NCBI GenBank assembly: GCA_039801225.1
Contig: JBDRUH010000006.1
Coordinates: 1-51,126, forward strand
DNA: 51,126 nt
Source of the DNA: a candidate division WOR-3 bacterium
GTDB taxonomy: Bacteria; Hydrothermota; Tepidihabitantia; Tepidihabitantales; Tepidihabitantaceae
Reading direction: 5' to 3'
In this document: positions 28,560 through 38,019 of the stretch, piece after piece
Layout of the letters: every line of letters starts with the position of its first letter
How positions within the stretch are numbered: position 1 is the first letter of the stretch
Made by a program: the position numbers and the translations under genes
The notes under the pieces: model-generated
Seen by the model: only the letters and a program-made list of their open reading frames with translations
What the model was told of the DNA's origin: nothing
Databases searched by the model: none

Positions 28560-29860
28560 GGCAGAAGTATCGGCTGTTTTGGCTTTTGGCTTTTGGCTTT
28601 TGGGTTTTGGCGTTTGGTTCTGAAGGAGGTTTGCCCGGTGCTTTTCTCTCTTATGGTGCAGCACCGAGAAGTCTGGGAATGGGTAAGGCGTTTACCGGAG
28701 TGGCCGATGATGCTCAGGCGATTTACTTCAACCCTGGTGGTCTTTTTCAGTTGAATGCTCATGAGGTTTTACTGGCTCACTCCCAGCTTTATGGTGCCCG
28801 GATGGAATACATTAGTTATGCCCTTCCGACAAGGGAGTTTGGTACCTTTGGGCTGGGCATTTTGAATTATGGTGCTGAGGGTATTGACTCCCGGACCCCG
28901 GAGAACTGGCGCTATGAGCCAACCGTTTTTGCCGAAAATGCCTATATGGTTACCTATGCATATAATCCCCGGCATTTCTTAGGGTTAGGTGGAACGGTTA
29001 AACTTATTACCAAAAACCTGGCGACATTCTCTGATGTCGGGCTGGGAGCCGATTTAGGCGTTTTGGTCAAAGTGCCGAAATATTTTAGTTTCGGTGTTAT
29101 GCTGCAGAACGCAGTTGAACCAGTTCTTACACTTGCTAACCTTGCTGACCGTTATCCCAGGACCGTCCGGATGGGTGCAGCGGTTCGGCTTCTTCAAAAC
29201 AGGGTAATTCTTACCGTTGATATGGTAGGACCGATTCTTAGAAATCTTGATTCATTGGGTAATCCGACAAAGGGCTGGAAACTGGATATGACCCCTCATG
29301 GCGGATTGGAGTTTGCCATTATTCCCGGGATTCTTATCCATCGGATAGGTGTTGACCCTAACGAAATCAGTTTTGGGCTGGGAATTCACAAAAGGTGGGG
29401 CAAGATGGCAACGGGGGTGGATTATGCGTTCCTGCTGCACCATCAGTCCGACTATCTCCTTAATCCTACCCATAAATTAGGCGTTTTTATTGATTTCTCC
29501 GGGTTCAGAGTATGGATTGATGCTCAGCCGAAGTTGTTTACCCCGGTTCCAGGAGATAGCCAGAATGTTCTCTGGATGAATGTCCAAACGATTGCCCGAG
29601 CGCCGGTAAAGAGATGGCAGGTGTTAATTAAAAACAGTTTTGGTGAGGTGATTCGCAGTTACAGTGGGTGGGATGCACCTCCTCCCCGGTTGTGGTGGGA
29701 TGGTCTTGATGACGCTGGTAGACTGGCCGCTGATGGAAAGTATTACTATGACATCATTGTGGTTGACCAACGCAACTCCTCACTCAGTTTCTCCGGGTTT
29801 CTTACTACAATAAAGACAAAAGGACCAAAGGGGAGAATAGAAATTCGCCCGGGTGATTAG
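28553..29860 (+). CDS. PorV/PorQ-family barrel fused to a C-terminal FlgD-Ig domain
   Basis: AFLSYGAAPRSLGMGKAFTGVADDAQAIYFNPGGL; C-terminal WDGLDDAGRLAADGKYYY. Confidence 0.8.
   Translation: MVRQKYRLFWLLAFGFWVLAFGSEGGLPGAFLSYGAAPRSLGMGKAFTGVADDAQAIYFNPGGLFQLNAHEVLLAHSQLYGARMEYISYALPTREFGTFGLGILNYGAEGIDSRTPENWRYEPTVFAENAYMVTYAYNPRHFLGLGGTVKLITKNLATFSDVGLGADLGVLVKVPKYFSFGVMLQNAVEPVLTLANLADRYPRTVRMGAAVRLLQNRVILTVDMVGPILRNLDSLGNPTKGWKLDMTPHGGLEFAIIPGILIHRIGVDPNEISFGLGIHKRWGKMATGVDYAFLLHHQSDYLLNPTHKLGVFIDFSGFRVWIDAQPKLFTPVPGDSQNVLWMNVQTIARAPVKRWQVLIKNSFGEVIRSYSGWDAPPPRLWWDGLDDAGRLAADGKYYYDIIVVDQRNSSLSFSGFLTTIKTKGPKGRIEIRPGD
28577..28618 (+). repeat. Heptamer tandem array (TTTTGGC-type x6) encoding the signal peptide core
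   Basis: TTTTGGC TTTTGGC TTTTGGC TTTTGGG TTTTGGC GTTTGGT, encoding FWLLAFGFWVLAFG. Confidence 0.85.
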
Positions 29861-32498
29861 AGCCCAAGTGAATACCAATCTTAATCGGCTGTCGACAATC
29901 GGCTGTCGCCCGGAATCGGGCGCCCGATTTGGGCGGCTGTTGGCTGTCTGCTGTCTGCTGTTGGTTTTTGCTGAGGGCGCCCTTACACCAAAGCAAACAA
30001 GGGACCTCGCCAGTCGGTATAACAAGGTGCAACAAGCGGTAGAGCAAGGAAATTACCAGGAGGCAATTCGGGGTCTCAGTGCACTGGTTCGTGACTATGG
30101 CGGAAGTGAGTTTGGTGATGAACTGCGCTTCACCTTAGCAGAATGCCACTTCAATCAGGGAAACTACACCCGTGCTCTGGAAATTTTCCAAGAGTTACTG
30201 AAACACCCCCGTTTCTCTTATATCAAGCCGGAGGCGATGTTTGGCGCCGCCTTATCATATATTATGAGAGGCAATTATCGGGAGGCGCAACTACTTCTTG
30301 ATAAGTTAGCGAAAGAGCCGGGATACGAAAGTGACCCACGCACCAAATATGCTCTCGGTGTGCTTTACTACTTTCAAAAATTATATCCTCAGGCAGAGGA
30401 GCATTTAGAAGGATTAACAATCCCGGAGGCAAAGTTTTATCTCGGCAAGTGTTATGCGTTATCCGGAAAGCCGTTTCTGGCGCTGTTAAAATTTAAGGAA
30501 ATTACGGATGAACTGCCCAACACACCCCTAGCAATGATGACGCATTTTTCCAGTGGTCTGGCTTTGATTATCAATCAGGATTACGATGGTGCTCAGGTAA
30601 AGTTTCAGTTCTTTTTGGACCAATTTCCCGATTCGCCACTTAGCGATTTTGCTCACTATTTTTTAGGATGCGCGCTGATCGCCCGTAAAGAGTATGCCCA
30701 AGCGGTTGACCATCTTCTCATATTGACCCGCTCCAGTAATAATTTTCTTGCCGCCCATGCCAACTATTTCCTCGGCTATGCCCAATTAAAATTGGGTAGA
30801 GCCCAAGAGGCGGTGGAACGGTTTCAGCGGGTGAGAGCCAACTATCCTAAAACAAAGGTTGCCAGTTATGCTCATCTTCAGTTAGCCGAGGCGATGCTGG
30901 CTACGGGCGATACTGCTCGCGCCTTACTTGCCACCTCGCAACTTACCCATATGTTTCCATCGGGCGAGCTTTCTGGTATTGGCGACTATCTCTCCGGACT
31001 GGTTTACTATCAATTGGGCGAATACCAGAATGCGGCGCGTCAATTTGACAATATTCTCACAACCCATAGCACAACCGAACTACGCGAGCCGGCGATGGCG
31101 ATGTTTCTTATGAGTCTAGTCGCCAACGGCGATTATGAAAAATGTATTGCCGTCGGGACAAAATACCTAACTGACTATCCCAACTCTAGGTCGGCATGGC
31201 GGGCTAAGATATTGTATTCTCTTGCCGAAGGTTTTTACTATACTAAGAAATACAGCGAGGCGGACAACTACTACGAGCAGGCTTACAACCATCCCGCGGG
31301 TGAAGACATTATCCCTTACGCCCGGCTGGGTAGAAACTATGCGCTTTACCATCTCGGCCGGTTACCAGAGGCGGTTTCAGGTTTTAAAAAACTTTTAACC
31401 GTCCGACCCAATGACACCCTTTTTACCATTACCGCCTATTTAGGTTATGGTTATTGCCTTTTTAACCAGAAAGATTATCTGAAGGCGCTTGATGTGTTTG
31501 AGGCGCTGGCCAAAACTTTTCCGGAAAATCCACTTGCCGGGGTACCGGGGCTATTTTATGCCGGTTACTGTTACTATCAGATGAAATATTACGGTCAGGC
31601 GGTGGATGCTTGGACAGATTTGATGAATAAGTTCCCGGGAAGTGGTGCCAAGGTTGCCGAGGCGGCTTTCCGGACCGGGGATACCTACTTCAAAGCGTTA
31701 GAATATGATAAGGCGATCGCCGCTTTCAAATTCGTCCTGGAACGCTATCCCTATTCCCAATTTGCCCCATCAGCACAGGCGCTTATCGCCCAGTCTTATT
31801 ACAACCGAAAAAGATACCTTGATGCCATTCTGGAGTATCAGAAGTTTTTGGACCTTTATCCCTCTGACCCGCAGGCAGCAGGAGTGCGAAAAAGCCTGGA
31901 GATGAGTTACTACTTTGCCGGTAAAGAGGACTCCAGTTTGATGCAAGAATTCCTCACCCGGTTTCCTCATTCCGAGATAGCGGCCGAGGGCTACTACACC
32001 AGAGGCAAAAAGTTATATGACGAAGAAAGATTCCTTGAGGCAATTGAGGAGTTGCAGAAGGTGGTGGTGAATTTCCCCAACTCGGCGATTGCCGCTGAAG
32101 CGCAGCTTTTAACCGCCGAGGCTTATACCCAACTCAAACGCTGGACCGATGCCACCAGTGCCTATCAGAAGTTCCTTAACTATTTTCCTGATCATCCCCA
32201 GCGCGCCGGGGCATTCTTCAATCTCGGAGTTGCCTATTTCAATAACGCCGATTACCGAATGGCTCTCCAGGCGTTCCAAACTGTAGTGGACTCCTTCGGT
32301 GAATCGGAGTTCAAAGAAAGTGCTCGAAAGAACGCTGAGATATGCCGCAAACGGATTGGCCTGGGAGAAATAGAAGAAACTTCAGAAGAGAAGACGTCAA
32401 CTACCTCTGCAGGTGAGAAACCGGTTTCTTCCCCACCACCTGATGAAGGGGAAAATGCACCGTCAAAACCCAAAAAAGAAGGAGGAGAAAAGAAATGA
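29853..32498 (+). CDS. Large exported tetratricopeptide-repeat protein (BamD/CpoB-like repeats)
   Basis: Many TPR units ending in (Y/F)P.S; acidic/Pro-rich tail. Confidence 0.88.
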   Translation: MIRAQVNTNLNRLSTIGCRPESGARFGRLLAVCCLLLVFAEGALTPKQTRDLASRYNKVQQAVEQGNYQEAIRGLSALVRDYGGSEFGDELRFTLAECHFNQGNYTRALEIFQELLKHPRFSYIKPEAMFGAALSYIMRGNYREAQLLLDKLAKEPGYESDPRTKYALGVLYYFQKLYPQAEEHLEGLTIPEAKFYLGKCYALSGKPFLALLKFKEITDELPNTPLAMMTHFSSGLALIINQDYDGAQVKFQFFLDQFPDSPLSDFAHYFLGCALIARKEYAQAVDHLLILTRSSNNFLAAHANYFLGYAQLKLGRAQEAVERFQRVRANYPKTKVASYAHLQLAEAMLATGDTARALLATSQLTHMFPSGELSGIGDYLSGLVYYQLGEYQNAARQFDNILTTHSTTELREPAMAMFLMSLVANGDYEKCIAVGTKYLTDYPNSRSAWRAKILYSLAEGFYYTKKYSEADNYYEQAYNHPAGEDIIPYARLGRNYALYHLGRLPEAVSGFKKLLTVRPNDTLFTITAYLGYGYCLFNQKDYLKALDVFEALAKTFPENPLAGVPGLFYAGYCYYQMKYYGQAVDAWTDLMNKFPGSGAKVAEAAFRTGDTYFKALEYDKAIAAFKFVLERYPYSQFAPSAQALIAQSYYNRKRYLDAILEYQKFLDLYPSDPQAAGVRKSLEMSYYFAGKEDSSLMQEFLTRFPHSEIAAEGYYTRGKKLYDEERFLEAIEELQKVVVNFPNSAIAAEAQLLTAEAYTQLKRWTDATSAYQKFLNYFPDHPQRAGAFFNLGVAYFNNADYRMALQAFQTVVDSFGESEFKESARKNAEICRKRIGLGEIEETSEEKTSTTSAGEKPVSSPPPDEGENAPSKPKKEGGEKK
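29883..29962 (+). repeat. Heptamer arrays plus small palindrome inside a signal-peptide region
   Basis: AATCGGCTGTCG twice at 14-bp offset, GCCCGGAATCGGGC, then GGCTGTT GGCTGTC TGCTGTC TGCTGTT. Confidence 0.75.
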
Positions 32499-33187
32499 TA
32501 ATGGGACAGAGTATAATCGACATTTTCCGTCATAGTCTGGTGATGGTAATTTTACTCATCGCCTCAATTGTGGCGCTGGCATTAATCCTGGAAAGGTTCT
32601 GGTATTTTACCCGCAATCGCTTTAACCCAAGTAAAGGGCTACTTGAACTGCGGCGAATTCTTTCTCTTTCGGGTGTGGAAGAGGCATTAGAATGGAGTCG
32701 CAATCAGAAAAATCCTTTAGGAAGGCTCTTTACTGTTGCCCTTGATAATATTTCGCTCAGCGGCGATGAAATGTCGGACTTACTTTACAGCCTCATCTTA
32801 GAAGAAAGAATCCGCTACGAGCGGCTGCTTGGCGGTATGGGGACTTTGGCTAATGCGGCAACCCTGCTGGGACTCTTGGGAACGGTTACCGGGTTAATCG
32901 GTGCGTTCGGTAATATCGCCGCCACCGGTTCTGGTGGACCGGCGGTAGTATCCAAAGGTATTGCCGAAGCGCTTTTCACCACCGCTTTTGGTCTGTTTAT
33001 TGGCATCCCGGTCCTCTTTTTTTATAATTACTTTTCCAAAAAGGCGGCAGACCTGACGATGACTTTGGAGAGCACCGCGGAAAGGCTGATTGTTACATTG
33101 GAGCGGTTTAAAGCCCAAACCGGAGAGCGCCAAGCGCCTATCGCCGAGAGCCAGAGAGAGGCAGAGGATACCACCTGGAAGTTCTGA
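32495..33187 (+). CDS. exbB: MotA/TolQ/ExbB proton channel protein
   Basis: ATLLGLLGTVTGLI, GIAEALFTTAFGL. Confidence 0.92.
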   Translation: MIMGQSIIDIFRHSLVMVILLIASIVALALILERFWYFTRNRFNPSKGLLELRRILSLSGVEEALEWSRNQKNPLGRLFTVALDNISLSGDEMSDLLYSLILEERIRYERLLGGMGTLANAATLLGLLGTVTGLIGAFGNIAATGSGGPAVVSKGIAEALFTTAFGLFIGIPVLFFYNYFSKKAADLTMTLESTAERLIVTLERFKAQTGERQAPIAESQREAEDTTWKF

Positions 33188-33603
33188 TGCGCCGCAGAGT
33201 CCACGAACCCCGCTCTAACCCCGGGTTAATTCTGAACTCACTGGTAGATATTGCCCTGTCATTGGTGATTGCCTTTATTGTCTCAATGCCTTTGTTTTTT
33301 GAGACGGGCATTTTTGTCTCGGCACCCGGGGCTACCCGGGCAAGAGAAAATGAGCCGGTTTCAGATATCAAGGTGAACATTTTTCTCACCAACGATGGGA
33401 AAATCCTCTTGAATGAAGCCCAGGTTTCCTATGACAACTTATCAGAACTACTCCCCCGACTTCTCCAGCGCAGTGTTGAGCGCCGGGTGATAGTGTCAAC
33501 CGAAGACCTGGTAAAATATGACCGGGTGATGAAGGTGCTTGATTTAGCCAAACAGAGCGGGGCGGCGGATCTGGCTTTGCTCCGGACCAGAAAGGCACAA
33601 TGA
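33187..33603 (+). CDS. exbD: ExbD/TolR family protein
   Basis: LNSLVDIALSLVIAF TM with conserved Asp; YDRVMKVLDLAKQSG. Confidence 0.88.
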   Translation: MRRRVHEPRSNPGLILNSLVDIALSLVIAFIVSMPLFFETGIFVSAPGATRARENEPVSDIKVNIFLTNDGKILLNEAQVSYDNLSELLPRLLQRSVERRVIVSTEDLVKYDRVMKVLDLAKQSGAADLALLRTRKAQ

Positions 33604-34001
33604 TTAAAGAGGCACCCAATATCAATATATTGCCGATGGCGTGTGTCGGTTTGATTGTGGTTCTGATTATGATGATGATTGCGCCCTTGGTATTGACCCA
33701 TAACGCCACCCCAGTTGATGTTCCCCAGACTCATACCGCAGAACGGAAAACCGAGGAGGATGTGACAATTACCTACACCGCTCAGGGCAATCTCTACTTT
33801 AACGACCAGCCGGTTGAAGGGCTTGATGAACTAAGAGAACGGCTCATTAAAGAGATTACCCGAGACCCGTATGTATTGGTGGTTGTCCGGGCGGACAAGG
33901 AATGCCTCCACTCAGCGGTTCTGGATATTCTTGCCTGTGCCCGGCAAGCGGGTGCCCGGCGTATCGCCTGCGCAACCAAGAGAATAAACCCGGGTGGTTA
34001 A
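33600..34001 (+). CDS. exbD: ExbD/TolR family protein, second copy, lacking the TM Asp
   Basis: INILPMACVGLIVVLIMM, VDVP, VVRADK, ARQAGA. Confidence 0.85.
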   Translation: MIKEAPNINILPMACVGLIVVLIMMMIAPLVLTHNATPVDVPQTHTAERKTEEDVTITYTAQGNLYFNDQPVEGLDELRERLIKEITRDPYVLVVVRADKECLHSAVLDILACARQAGARRIACATKRINPGG

Positions 34002-34006
34002 AATCT

Positions 34007-34930
34007 ATGTATACTGAGCGACGCTTCCGAACATTTGAAATCACCCTTTTAATTTCTGCTTTGCTTCATCTTGGCGGTCTTTTGCTTCTTTCCCGTTCCC
34101 GTCCTGTTACCGATTTGGGTCTTGATATTCAAGAGATAAGTTTTATGGATGTTACCTACCGCCCCGAGGTGGCAAAGGTGCTTACCCAGACCCCGACGCC
34201 GAGTTTGGGAGGGGGTGGTTCAACAGTTTCTGAAGGTGCTCATCCGACATATGCGACCGGAATCGCGGCGGAAGATGTTGCTCCCCTGGATATGAATGCG
34301 AAATTGGAGCGTTCGGCTTCTCAAGCAAAGATTGAACTTGACCGTTACGAACTTGCCCGCGAGGGCGAAATGGACCTGATTAAGATTGGCGGAAAGGGCT
34401 CTGCCAAAACAACCGAGGAAATATTAGCCGAGAAGCCCATTCCATTGGCAAGAGGTCCAGTGGGAGGCGGCGCTGGAGATTTACGCGGCGTGCCTGGTGT
34501 GCCCCAAACTCAGTTGCAACCGGAACTTACCATAGAACACCGACCACTGACAAAACCTCAAACCGCGCCAACGCTACCCCAGGCTTCTCCTCAGGCTCAA
34601 CCAACCATCCAGACGCCAGCAACTAAAGGAACCAGTTTTCAGGTTGCCGGACCGATTTCCCAACGGGAGATTATCACTAAAGTAAAGCCGCGCTATCCTA
34701 AATGGGCACTGGAACAACGCGTCAGCGGCACAGTAACAGTCCGTATCTGGGTAATGCCCAACGGTAAGGTAAAAGGCACCCCGCAGGTTCTCTCAAGTTC
34801 CGGTTATCCTGACCTGGACCAGGTGGTAATAGAAGCGGTGCGTTCCTGGGAGTTTGCCCCACTGGGAGCAGGTGTAAAGCAAGAGGACCAGTGGGGAGAT
34901 ATAACATTTATATTCCAACTTTCCTTATGA
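34007..34930 (+). CDS. tonB: TonB family energy transducer
   Basis: TM with SALLH (S-x3-H), Pro/Gln/Thr-rich linker, PRYP..A....SG.V, SSGYPDLD...WEFAP. Start set at ATG 34007. Confidence 0.88.
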   Translation: MYTERRFRTFEITLLISALLHLGGLLLLSRSRPVTDLGLDIQEISFMDVTYRPEVAKVLTQTPTPSLGGGGSTVSEGAHPTYATGIAAEDVAPLDMNAKLERSASQAKIELDRYELAREGEMDLIKIGGKGSAKTTEEILAEKPIPLARGPVGGGAGDLRGVPGVPQTQLQPELTIEHRPLTKPQTAPTLPQASPQAQPTIQTPATKGTSFQVAGPISQREIITKVKPRYPKWALEQRVSGTVTVRIWVMPNGKVKGTPQVLSSSGYPDLDQVVIEAVRSWEFAPLGAGVKQEDQWGDITFIFQLSL

Positions 34931-35805
34931 GTTTATTAATCATTCTTTATATTTTCAGTCAATCGCCGGATAGTATTCCCAAAACCAAACCACCAAACCA
35001 GCACACGATTGGCGAGGAACTGATTACCGGCGAGGCGGAGATGAAAATCACCGACCAGAAAATTTTCATCGCGCCGGAGATAAATCCAATAGCACCGATA
35101 AAAGAGATGCTCTCGGTCAGCAGTTATATCCTTGACCCGGGTTTTTTCCATTCCATTGACTCCTTGAGTGTTCCACAACAGTTTACTCACTCATCGTTTT
35201 TACGAATCCCGGTGGAAAGAAGTTTTGTCTATGGAGACATCCTAATTTTCCTTCCCTCCTTTGAGAGCCGGGTGGCAAATTGGGAACTGGTGATTGCCAA
35301 TTCCCTGGGCGAGACGGTCCGCAGACTGGGGCAAAAAGGGCATCCCCCGGCGTTAATCACCTGGGACGGCAAAAATGACAAAGGCGAGCCGATTCCTACC
35401 GGTGATATTTACAGTTTCACCTTTAACGCCTACGATGCCCAAGGCAATATGACCCGTATCTCCTGTGAGCCGCAACTGATCAACGCCATTATCTGGCAGC
35501 AGGGTGATGGATGGGTTGCTTCAATTGCTGCCGACCATATATATTCTACTGGCGAGGCACAACTCAATGAACAGGCTTTAGGGCGTCTGGATGAGATTGC
35601 CAATGTTATCAAGGAAAGATTTAAAAAAGAGGTTATTGTCTATGTTTATTCTGAAGAGGAGGCGCTCTCGTTAGAACGATGCCGGGTTATTGAAAATGAA
35701 CTCAGACAAAGGTTAATCCTGCCCAAGGATGCGTTAAGGGTGGTGCCAAAGTTCATCCCTGGTCTTAAGCCCAAACACTCAAAGATAGAAATCCATATTA
35801 ACTGA
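34927..35805 (+). CDS. Exported protein with FlgD-Ig domain and degenerate OmpA-like C-terminal domain
   Basis: WDGKNDKGE; IYSTGEAQL...LDEIA...VYVYS...LSLERCRVI resembles the OmpA_C fold without the GHTD motif. ATG overlaps the tonB stop. Confidence 0.6.
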   Translation: MSLLIILYIFSQSPDSIPKTKPPNQHTIGEELITGEAEMKITDQKIFIAPEINPIAPIKEMLSVSSYILDPGFFHSIDSLSVPQQFTHSSFLRIPVERSFVYGDILIFLPSFESRVANWELVIANSLGETVRRLGQKGHPPALITWDGKNDKGEPIPTGDIYSFTFNAYDAQGNMTRISCEPQLINAIIWQQGDGWVASIAADHIYSTGEAQLNEQALGRLDEIANVIKERFKKEVIVYVYSEEEALSLERCRVIENELRQRLILPKDALRVVPKFIPGLKPKHSKIEIHIN

Positions 35806-35857
35806 GTCGGTGCTCTTTTCCTGGTTTTAGTCAAACCGGGCGATAAAAAATAACTCT

Positions 35858-36275
35858 AAAGGGCAGACCTTTACCCTTCCCCCCTATCATTGACAGCCCC
35901 TCGCTTTCCCTCATTCCGTCCCTCGCGCTCCGTAATCCGAGACTTATTGGCTCCGTCATTCCGACCGCGCCAACGGCGAGGGAAGGGATTCCTCGGCAAG
36001 CTCGGAATGATAAGAGGAGAAGGGCTTAGGATGATAAAAAAGCCCGAATCGGGCCCTACATAAAAGACCAATAATGTAGGACAACCACCTTATCAAACCT
36101 CGGTATTTCTAATGTCCTATGTTATATTAACTTTTGCAGAAGAGTAGTTCTTAGTTTTGAGTTTATAGTTTGTAGTTCGAGAAACTATCAACCAAGAACC
36201 ATAAACCAAAAACCAATTTAGTAAGGCAAAAATTTACCCATTTTTCGCTTCGCCTTTTGCATTTTGATTTTGCCC
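35858..36275. repeat. Intergenic cluster of mixed palindromic and heptamer repeats
   Basis: GTCATTCCGA...GGATTCCTCGGCAAGCTCGGAATGA (35955-36009), GCCCGAATCGGGCCCTACA (36042-36060), dispersed repeat copy 2 (36090-36139), heptamer hairpin TAGTTNN x5 / NNAACCA-type x5 (36145-36215). Confidence 0.7.
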
Positions 36276-36347
36276 TGGATATAGAATTCTTACTTTAAGT
36301 AAATTATTAGGGGAAGAGTATGATTTTTAGATGTTATCCGACAGATT

Positions 36348-37679
36348 TCAATCTTCAACCTTTTGGGCGAAGTTAATCTTTAGGCTCTTGAGAAACTGAT
36401 AATACTTATAACCAATGTCTTCCTTTTTGACATTTTCAATTACTTCCTCATCCAGTTGGACATTAGAATTTTTTACAATCTCCAGATTTTTCTGGGGTAA
36501 GTCGTAATAGGGATTAATTTCCTGGGCAATCTCCAGGAAGAGGACACCTTCTTCTACCTCATTTAGGAAAAGATGGTAGGCTCCTTTATTGAGATAAAGC
36601 CGGTATATCTCCGGACAGCAGATTTTATGGGTTAACATATACTCAAATATATCGTCAATCGTCTCAAGAGTCTTCTCATAATCGTTTTGTTTTGCATACT
36701 GATGCACCCGCTCAAATTTCTTAAACAACAAAAAATGGGGAGGCTTTGATATTGAGAACTTCAGGTCGGGTAACACCCCCTTCTCAAGTATCAGGTCTCG
36801 GTGCATCTCATAAGGACTTTTACCACCAAGGGCTTTTTGCGGGCAGAGGGTATACAACAACAAAAAACTATCAGTAATTTCCTGAAGGGCATCTATGTAA
36901 TCCTTCTTGTCATACCGCAAAAGGCTGATAATCAGGTTTAAAACATTAAACCCGACACCTTCTTCTTCATTGCTGAATATCCACTCCTTTATCAACTCGG
37001 CGGTCAACACATCACCTAACCCGTGCTTCGCTAATACCTGGTTCATCTTTTCTTCTGCTTCCGTGAGTGTCGGATATTCTTCAAATTCTGAAAAGGTGTC
37101 TTCTTTTATATCCTTTAAAAATATCCGCCATATTTTTTTCGGACTCCAGTTTTTGGTTCTTCTCAATTCCGCTTCAAATTGCGGGCTTAAAGTCACTGGT
37201 GGTATTGGAGGGGGACTACCGACCATCTCATAGTGGTCAATGACCTTCGCTACCCGGGTCGGAAAAACCTGCCCTTCCTTCAAGTGAAAAGTAGCGGCAT
37301 ATTCTCTCACCTGATAGACTTTACCCGTCGTAATATCCTTCAGGACCAGTCCCTCACCGAGGACATTTTTTTCTACTTTGAAAAAACTATATCGGTTCTC
37401 CTGGAGGGTTTTATATACCTCCAGGTCTTTATCATCCAGATTCTCGGGATTGCGCTGGTAAAAATCCTCCAGCGGAGTGGCACCATTTTTAAACTTAAAG
37501 TCATACACAAACCACTCATTAAAAAGAGACGCTTCAATTTCGTCCTTAAAGGTCAATTCTTTTTTTGTCCCTCTCGGCACATTGCCAAAAAACATCTTTA
37601 AGGCTCTCAGGACCTCCGTTTTGAAATCGGGGCTATTATAATAATAATGACGGAGTCTTTTTATCGTATTAGGTTTCAT
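36348..37679 (-). CDS. Hypothetical protein; N-terminal region resembles domains found in SEC-C motif proteins, C-terminal TPR-like region
   Basis: 443-aa ORF, AT-richer than flanks by eye; EWFVYD...TPLEDF...YSFFKV; LYLNKG...AQEINP. Confidence 0.6.
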   Translation of the reverse strand: MKPNTIKRLRHYYYNSPDFKTEVLRALKMFFGNVPRGTKKELTFKDEIEASLFNEWFVYDFKFKNGATPLEDFYQRNPENLDDKDLEVYKTLQENRYSFFKVEKNVLGEGLVLKDITTGKVYQVREYAATFHLKEGQVFPTRVAKVIDHYEMVGSPPPIPPVTLSPQFEAELRRTKNWSPKKIWRIFLKDIKEDTFSEFEEYPTLTEAEEKMNQVLAKHGLGDVLTAELIKEWIFSNEEEGVGFNVLNLIISLLRYDKKDYIDALQEITDSFLLLYTLCPQKALGGKSPYEMHRDLILEKGVLPDLKFSISKPPHFLLFKKFERVHQYAKQNDYEKTLETIDDIFEYMLTHKICCPEIYRLYLNKGAYHLFLNEVEEGVLFLEIAQEINPYYDLPQKNLEIVKNSNVQLDEEVIENVKKEDIGYKYYQFLKSLKINFAQKVED

Positions 37680-38019
37680 ACACTAACAATACAGAAATTA
37701 AACGAGAAGGCAACCATCTCGGAGTAAAACTTTTTTCATAGTTCCATCTATGTGGACGCTTTTCCAATGACAAAAATAAACCTTAAACGGAAAACAATTC
37801 CGAATTAGAAAACTGAAATAGCCTTCTAAGTGTTCAATTAAATCAAATTGTAATTGTCTCAATATCTCACCCGCGTCACATTCTACTTCCCAGATGGTTT
37901 TAGGCGCGCTGTTAGAAAAGAATCTTCCCCCATGCCCAGTCGGGTTTTTCGCTAATTAATCCCAGATGCATACATCTCTTTCCTCTTTTATTGTCTAAAG
38001 TTAGGTAAAGGGGCGTGGT

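Noticed and set aside
36330..37690. The 443-aa gene as an integron cassette
   Set aside because: Upstream GTTAGTG and downstream GGATAAC do not fit consensus or each other, and no attC hairpin follows.
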